The notes below the pieces were generated by a model. That model saw only the letters and a program-made list of their open reading frames with translations. It had not been told where the DNA came from and did no database searches. From contig JAEOSI010000013.1 of assembly GCA_016840425.1 (NCBI GenBank), forward strand, positions 1 to 21,228: a stretch of DNA of 21,228 nucleotides, read 5' to 3'. The position numbers and the translations under genes are program-made. Position 1 is the stretch's first letter. Each line of letters begins with the position of its first letter. Below, in pieces: positions 16,686 to 21,228 of the stretch. Source of the stretch: Candidatus Wukongarchaeum yapensis. GTDB taxonomy: Archaea > Asgardarchaeota > Wukongarchaeia > Wukongarchaeales > Wukongarchaeaceae.

Positions 16686-17513
16686 ATGGAAAAGGATATC
16701 ATAAAAATTTGGCCAGAGGAAGTTCGAAGAGAGCTGCCTACAGGAATTGAAAATTTTGACAATTATTTTAAAATTTTAAGCGGAACTTTTACTATTTTTT
16801 ATGTTTGCAATCAAACCTATAATGATATCCAAGGTGTTTTAGGCAGTTGGATAAACAATCTTTTCGATGATGAAATTGCTACCGTGGTCTCTACTTACAG
16901 TGACGTGATGACTGTTATAAGGGGTTTTATGGAAAAACAACCACACTTAGTTGAAAAATCTGCTGTTTTAACAAGGGATGGGAGAACTTCTTGGATAGAT
17001 ATGTATACTTTGAGGGGATTTAATGAAGTTGAAGCTGAAAAGGTTATGGTTAACTATTATAAAGCGTTGAAATCTTTAAACTACGATGAGAACCTTCTTT
17101 TTATGGTTAAAATGCCTGAGCGATGTCAATCTGTCAAACAATTATATGATTTTTTAAACGAAATAATGGAGAGAAATAAGGGATATCGAGGGATGAGAAT
17201 AATGGTTTTTTACGGGGATGACCTTGTGGATACTTGGGGTCCAAAGAATGTTTTGAATGTTTTGAAGACTCAAGTAAACAGGTTTGTGCACAAGTTACAA
17301 CATGCTTATGTTTACATCTTTTCCTATAAGGGACATTTACCTAAATTTCATACGTTTATTGAGAGAATGGCGGACAATATACTTCTTTGGGGCTTTGACG
17401 GAGAGAGGGAAGAGAAGTTTTTACAGATCTTAAAAACGCCTATTTTGAACAGTTTTTATGGAAAAGTTCCTTATGTCCTCAATCAAAAGGGATTGCCAGA
17501 ATTTACAGTATAA
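16686..17513 (+). CDS. KaiC/RecA-fold protein with degenerate Walker A (probable pseudo-ATPase)
   Basis: LPTGIENFD N-terminus and FIERMADNILLW...FLQILK...VPYVLNQKGL C-terminus mirror KaiC domains; no GxxxxGK[ST]. ATG 16686 follows GAGGGA. Confidence 0.7.
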   Translation: MEKDIIKIWPEEVRRELPTGIENFDNYFKILSGTFTIFYVCNQTYNDIQGVLGSWINNLFDDEIATVVSTYSDVMTVIRGFMEKQPHLVEKSAVLTRDGRTSWIDMYTLRGFNEVEAEKVMVNYYKALKSLNYDENLLFMVKMPERCQSVKQLYDFLNEIMERNKGYRGMRIMVFYGDDLVDTWGPKNVLNVLKTQVNRFVHKLQHAYVYIFSYKGHLPKFHTFIERMADNILLWGFDGEREEKFLQILKTPILNSFYGKVPYVLNQKGLPEFTV

Positions 17514-17693
17514 ATAGGTGTATAAATGTTAAAATCGTCAAAGAATAATTAAGAATGGTAATTAAGTGATTGCTAATATGCTTAAGTAAAAAAAGCATCT
17601 TATTTAGTAAGACAGAGAGAATAGATTTTAAAATTGAAAACAAGATAAAAGATGGGTTCATGCAAGTTGATGAATTTTTTGGAGTAGCTGATT

Positions 17694-18461
17694 TTGAAGG
17701 AGACATACGAGCTTCCTGTTGACCATGAGGGTGTAAATATCGTCAAAATATGTTTTTGGGGCGCAAGTCTTTCGGGGAAAACTACTGCCCTTTCTATATA
17801 TAAAACGCTTAAAACGTTGGAAAATCCTGAATCGGTTTATCAGTGGCTTAAGCTTGAGGATCCTTCTGGGAGAACCTTGTTTTTTGACCAAGCTGTTTTT
17901 TCACTAGGCAGGAGTGAAAAGACAGGGCTTCCCTACTTAAAGTATCATGTTTATACGGTGCCGGGTCAAATTCGCCATAAAGGACAGCGAAAGGTTGTTC
18001 TTGAGGGGAGTCATGGTTTAATAATTCTTCTTGATTCTTCGCTTTCTCAGTGGAATTTTAATCTTCAAGCTCTTGAAGAACTTAATGAATTGGTGGGACC
18101 TGAATTAGCCAATGGTACTCTTCCTTTTAAGCTTGTTTTGAATAAGATGGATCTTCCTCCTTCGGAGCGTATAAGCGCCATTGATGTAGGCGAGTTATTG
18201 GTGGAGGCTGGCTTAAGTGAAAAGTTAAGGGATGCCTATGCAAACATTATCGAGACTTCTTGCCTGAAAGCAACAAACGATTTAAAACGGATACTCATAC
18301 AGATAAAAAAGGAGGGATTAAGGGATAAATATAAAGATCCTAAGACCGGCCGCTGGATTCGAAGCGTTCTCCCTGTAAGCGTTCAAAGAATAATGCAACC
18401 GGTAGAAGAATTATTAAGAGAAGTTATAGTGATAGTTTTACGCAAAAATCGGGATAGGTAG
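17694..18461 (+). CDS. MglA-like small GTPase
   Basis: G1 GASLSGKTT, switch I RTLFFD, G3-equivalent YTVPGQ, G4 NKMD and G5 ETSC; TTG start after GGAGTAG. Confidence 0.88.
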   Translation: MKETYELPVDHEGVNIVKICFWGASLSGKTTALSIYKTLKTLENPESVYQWLKLEDPSGRTLFFDQAVFSLGRSEKTGLPYLKYHVYTVPGQIRHKGQRKVVLEGSHGLIILLDSSLSQWNFNLQALEELNELVGPELANGTLPFKLVLNKMDLPPSERISAIDVGELLVEAGLSEKLRDAYANIIETSCLKATNDLKRILIQIKKEGLRDKYKDPKTGRWIRSVLPVSVQRIMQPVEELLREVIVIVLRKNRDR

Positions 18462-18757
18462 AACACTATCAAGACTCATATAAAACACTCTTAATAGACA
18501 TAGATCAGAATTCATCTTCTCCCCCTTACTAGAGGTCTTTTTGCGACATAAAAATAAAATAAAACGAAACTAAAATTATTAATAACATTATGAGAGTATA
18601 TATAGATACATGATAATAAGTATTGAATAGGAAAAAAGATATTTCATCTTATAACAGCGTAATTTTGAAGATTTTTGACATCACATTTTACTTTTTATTT
18701 TAATTATTTTCTTCATGGAAATTTTGTTTCCTTGGTTTTTGGAGACGTGGCGCCTTT

Positions 18758-19810
18758 ATGAGTATTCATCTTTCGATTTGGGGTGTTAGAGGTAGTGAAA
18801 GGGAAAAATTGATTCATTTAGGCAATCTTTTTAAGACTATTATCTTTAACTTGGCAGAACTGCTTGTTGAAAAAGTTCCAGCAGAGGCTGAAAATCTTAT
18901 TTCGAACAGCTTGAAGAAGGTAGCAAAGTCTGCTTTCGTGCCAGTTCCTGGTGAAATCGTGGACTATCAAGTGAGGGAGTTTTTCCAGACTTTAGGTTGG
19001 CGTAAATGCGTTGTAGAGTTTGATAAAGAGGAGAAGAAATGGCAGATTTATTTAGGGGCTTTTAAGGATATTCCTTCCATAAACATGAAGACTGAAGGGG
19101 TTAAAAACGTGATTAAAGGTTTTGTTTTAGGCGTTTTCAGCCACTTCATAGAAGGAGAAATTGGGGCCAAGGAAATACAGAAAAAAGGGGCAATGATAGA
19201 TGTAAGCCTTGAAATTTTTAAGGAAAAAACGCCAGAGATATTAGAAACGATAGTAAAGGAAAAGGAAGTGGAAGAAGAAACATTGGAAGAAATGGCAAAG
19301 AAGTCGATATTTGAACTGCCAACTAAAGAAGATTTAATATCTATAAGAGAGATTTTGAGACCGATTCTTTCCCTCAGAGAATGCAGCAGGGAGAATTTAA
19401 ACCTTTTTTTGACCGCTTGTCGTATTGTTATAGCTGGTCCAAGATCAGGCGAACAAGCAAAAATAAAAAATCAAGATTTAGAGTTTCATGAGATAGCGAA
19501 AACTGCCATAGAGACCGATATGCCAGAGGATGTGGGCTATAATATAGGGCAAGAATTTATAAAAATGCTTGTTGAAAAGGAAGAAAAAGATCCTCACTCT
19601 TTAATAAGAGAGACTTTAAACTTAGACACTCCAGAACTTACACTAACCGTTAAATCGAAAGTCTTTCCAGAAGATAGAGAAGATATTTGTGACAGATTTA
19701 TGACAAAAATTTGGGAAGGAATACTGGAAGCAATAACTGGAGAAAAATACGTATACAAAAAAAGATCTTGCGGTGAAAGACTTTGCCTTCTCGAATTTAA
19801 AAAAGAATAA
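18758..19810 (+). CDS. Tandem V4R/Bet3(TRAPP)-like fold protein
   Basis: N-domain has FFQTLGW...KGFVLGVF. C-domain has VGYNIGQEF...C311...EGILEAITG...C338xxxxC343LLEF. Confidence 0.65.
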   Translation: MSIHLSIWGVRGSEREKLIHLGNLFKTIIFNLAELLVEKVPAEAENLISNSLKKVAKSAFVPVPGEIVDYQVREFFQTLGWRKCVVEFDKEEKKWQIYLGAFKDIPSINMKTEGVKNVIKGFVLGVFSHFIEGEIGAKEIQKKGAMIDVSLEIFKEKTPEILETIVKEKEVEEETLEEMAKKSIFELPTKEDLISIREILRPILSLRECSRENLNLFLTACRIVIAGPRSGEQAKIKNQDLEFHEIAKTAIETDMPEDVGYNIGQEFIKMLVEKEEKDPHSLIRETLNLDTPELTLTVKSKVFPEDREDICDRFMTKIWEGILEAITGEKYVYKKRSCGERLCLLEFKKE

Positions 19811-19893
19811 TAAGGGAAAAAGACTACTTTATTTTAAGGCAAAAAAAGAAAACATGGAAGATAAAAATAATCTTCCCTGATATTTTCTATTTA

Positions 19894-20418
19894 TTAATCG
19901 TGTTCCTGATCATCCGTGATTATTACGAAGGATAGTATTAGTAAGGGGTCTATTTCGTCTGTTTCTATTGTTAAACCATAACTGTCTGTTAGGCTTATCC
20001 AGGCTTTACCGACTTCTGCGATCCTTTTTTTATCAGGGCTTATGATTTTATAGTTGTGGCGTACGATATTGCCTTTTACTGTTGCTAGTTTGTTTCCTTC
20101 ATTGTCATGAAGCCAGTATTTGGATCCGAAAATTTTTAGCAGCTTTCTTTTTATTTTACCTCTTTCCTGACCAGTGACATCATAGATCGTATATGTTCGT
20201 CTCAGTGCACTAAACATTTTACCGGTGATTCTCCCAACCTCTTCGCCATCAAGGTTTTCGAACCAAAATTTTGGCCCCATGCTTATTCTTTCTTTTTTAC
20301 AGTATCCTAAAAGATTACCGGCTGTATCTTTTATTTCATAAACTCTGCGGGTTACAGAAAGGATTTTCTGCCTAATCTCATATTCTTTTAAACCAAAAAG
20401 TGGTGGCTTTTCAACCAT
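19894..20418 (-). CDS. LURP-one-related / scramblase-like (Tubby-C beta-barrel) protein
   Basis: Repeated Y/F-x-I-x-D-xx-G-xx-[LV]-G-x-[IV] hairpins, with DSYGLTI and DPLLILSFVI at the C-terminus. GAGGAGGTG lies 9 nt before ATG 20418. Confidence 0.88.
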   Translation of the reverse strand: MVEKPPLFGLKEYEIRQKILSVTRRVYEIKDTAGNLLGYCKKERISMGPKFWFENLDGEEVGRITGKMFSALRRTYTIYDVTGQERGKIKRKLLKIFGSKYWLHDNEGNKLATVKGNIVRHNYKIISPDKKRIAEVGKAWISLTDSYGLTIETDEIDPLLILSFVIITDDQEHD

Positions 20419-20467
20419 TTTAAGGAACACCTCCTCTTCTCAATCTATTATATGATTTTACTCACTA

Positions 20468-21112
20468 TTATAGATTTTTGTCCTTGTAAGGGCATTCATC
20501 GACTATGGGGCAATTATAACACTTGGGCTTTCTTGCGGTACACAAACTCCTGCCATGAGTAATGAGGAGGAGGTGTGCCTGCAACCTTTGTTCTTCGGCT
20601 ATTTCTGCCTCAAGCTTCGATTGAATTTCGGAATATTTTGCCCTTTTCCCTCCATAGCTTAACCTTTTAGCTACCCTAAAAATATGCGTATCAATCGCAA
20701 TTTTAGGCTTATTAAAATAAAAGGACAATAAAACGTCTGCGGTTTTTTCCCCAACACCCTCAAAATTTAAAAGAAGCGTTCTTGCCTCCTCGACCGGAAG
20801 GTCTCCTAAAAACTCTAAATCCCCACCAAAATCCTCAACTATCGTTTGCGCTATCTTCTTCAACCTCTTAGACTTCTGTTTATAAAGACCTCCAACCTCC
20901 AGACAAGCCTCAAGTTCTGAAATCTTCGCCTTACTAATGACCTTCGCAGAGATATTAAATTTTTCAGAAAGACGAGCAAAAGCACGATCAGTATTAACAT
21001 CAGAAGTATTCTGACTAATCACCGTTCTTAAAAGGACCTCAAAAGCACTCCTACCCTTCCAAGGATCCACCTTACCATAATAACTCGAAAGCTTATGCAA
21101 AATTCTCTCCAT
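20468..21112 (-). CDS. nth: Endonuclease III (HhH-GPD, 4Fe-4S)
   Basis: VISQNTSD, GVGEKTADV, IDTHIFRV and C-x6-C-x2-C-x5-C motifs. Start placed at MERILH (21112); the ORF track extends to 21208. Confidence 0.93.
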   Translation of the reverse strand: MERILHKLSSYYGKVDPWKGRSAFEVLLRTVISQNTSDVNTDRAFARLSEKFNISAKVISKAKISELEACLEVGGLYKQKSKRLKKIAQTIVEDFGGDLEFLGDLPVEEARTLLLNFEGVGEKTADVLLSFYFNKPKIAIDTHIFRVAKRLSYGGKRAKYSEIQSKLEAEIAEEQRLQAHLLLITHGRSLCTARKPKCYNCPIVDECPYKDKNL

Positions 21113-21130
21113 ACGCGAAACAGACAAAAC

Positions 21131-21154
21131 AACCAACCAGCCAACTAACCAACC
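21131..21154. repeat. Degenerate (AACC)x6 tetranucleotide tandem repeat
   Basis: AACC AACC AGCC AACT AACC AACC, just upstream of the likely nth start. Confidence 0.7.
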
Positions 21155-21228
21155 AAAAACTATTGTAAAGGACAAATAAAAACTTAAGAATCTATTACTT
21201 AACCGCAATCATTAAAACTCTTACTCAT

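Noticed and set aside
17503-17891. 67-aa and 77-aa minus-strand ORFs as a missing MglB/roadblock
   Set aside because: No roadblock-like pattern; low-complexity composition; they overlap the GTPase or the intergenic AT-rich DNA.
18438-18515. 25-codon minus-strand ORF behind GGGGGAG
   Set aside because: The purine run is more simply the complement of a pyrimidine tract downstream of the GTPase gene, and the ORF overlaps that gene's end.
21113-21208. Hydrophobic N-terminal extension (signal or TM) on endonuclease III
   Set aside because: It derives from the (GGTT)n tract; starting at 21112 gives a normal 214-aa Nth.

Overview
AT-rich archaeal chromosomal window with 23 CDS. I saw no tRNA, rRNA, CRISPR array or delimitable mobile element. 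Archaeal origin rests on GGTGA/GGAGGTG ribosome-binding sites, BRE-TATA promoters and archaeal-type gene families. The MglA-like GTPase, V4R/Bet3-like protein and long coiled-coil proteins point to an Asgard-type lineage (inference). Left part, minus strand: Ni/Co ECF transporter (cbiM-PDGLE-cbiQ-cbiO), an orphan PD-(D/E)xK nuclease, a 678-aa ATPase-less coiled coil ending in a winged helix, a degenerate NYN protein, a Nudix hydrolase, and a 568-aa 11-mer-repeat helical protein ending in a TrmB-effector/PLD-like domain. Middle, plus strand: DUF2284-like Cys-rich protein (apparent premature TAA), a small C-x6-H-C membrane protein, glycogen synthase, an ABC-2 exporter with two paralogous permeases and a membrane protein. 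Right part: Xer-type tyrosine recombinase with a dif-geometry palindrome in its promoter, then a co-directional trio (P-loop-dead KaiC/RecA-fold protein, MglA-like GTPase without MglB, tandem V4R/Bet3-like protein), a LURP-one/scramblase-like protein and endonuclease III. The best candidates for an undescribed system are the KaiC-like/MglA/V4R-Bet3 trio and the wHTH-tipped plus TrmB-effector-tipped long helical protein pair. All family assignments come from motif recognition by eye; no searches were run.
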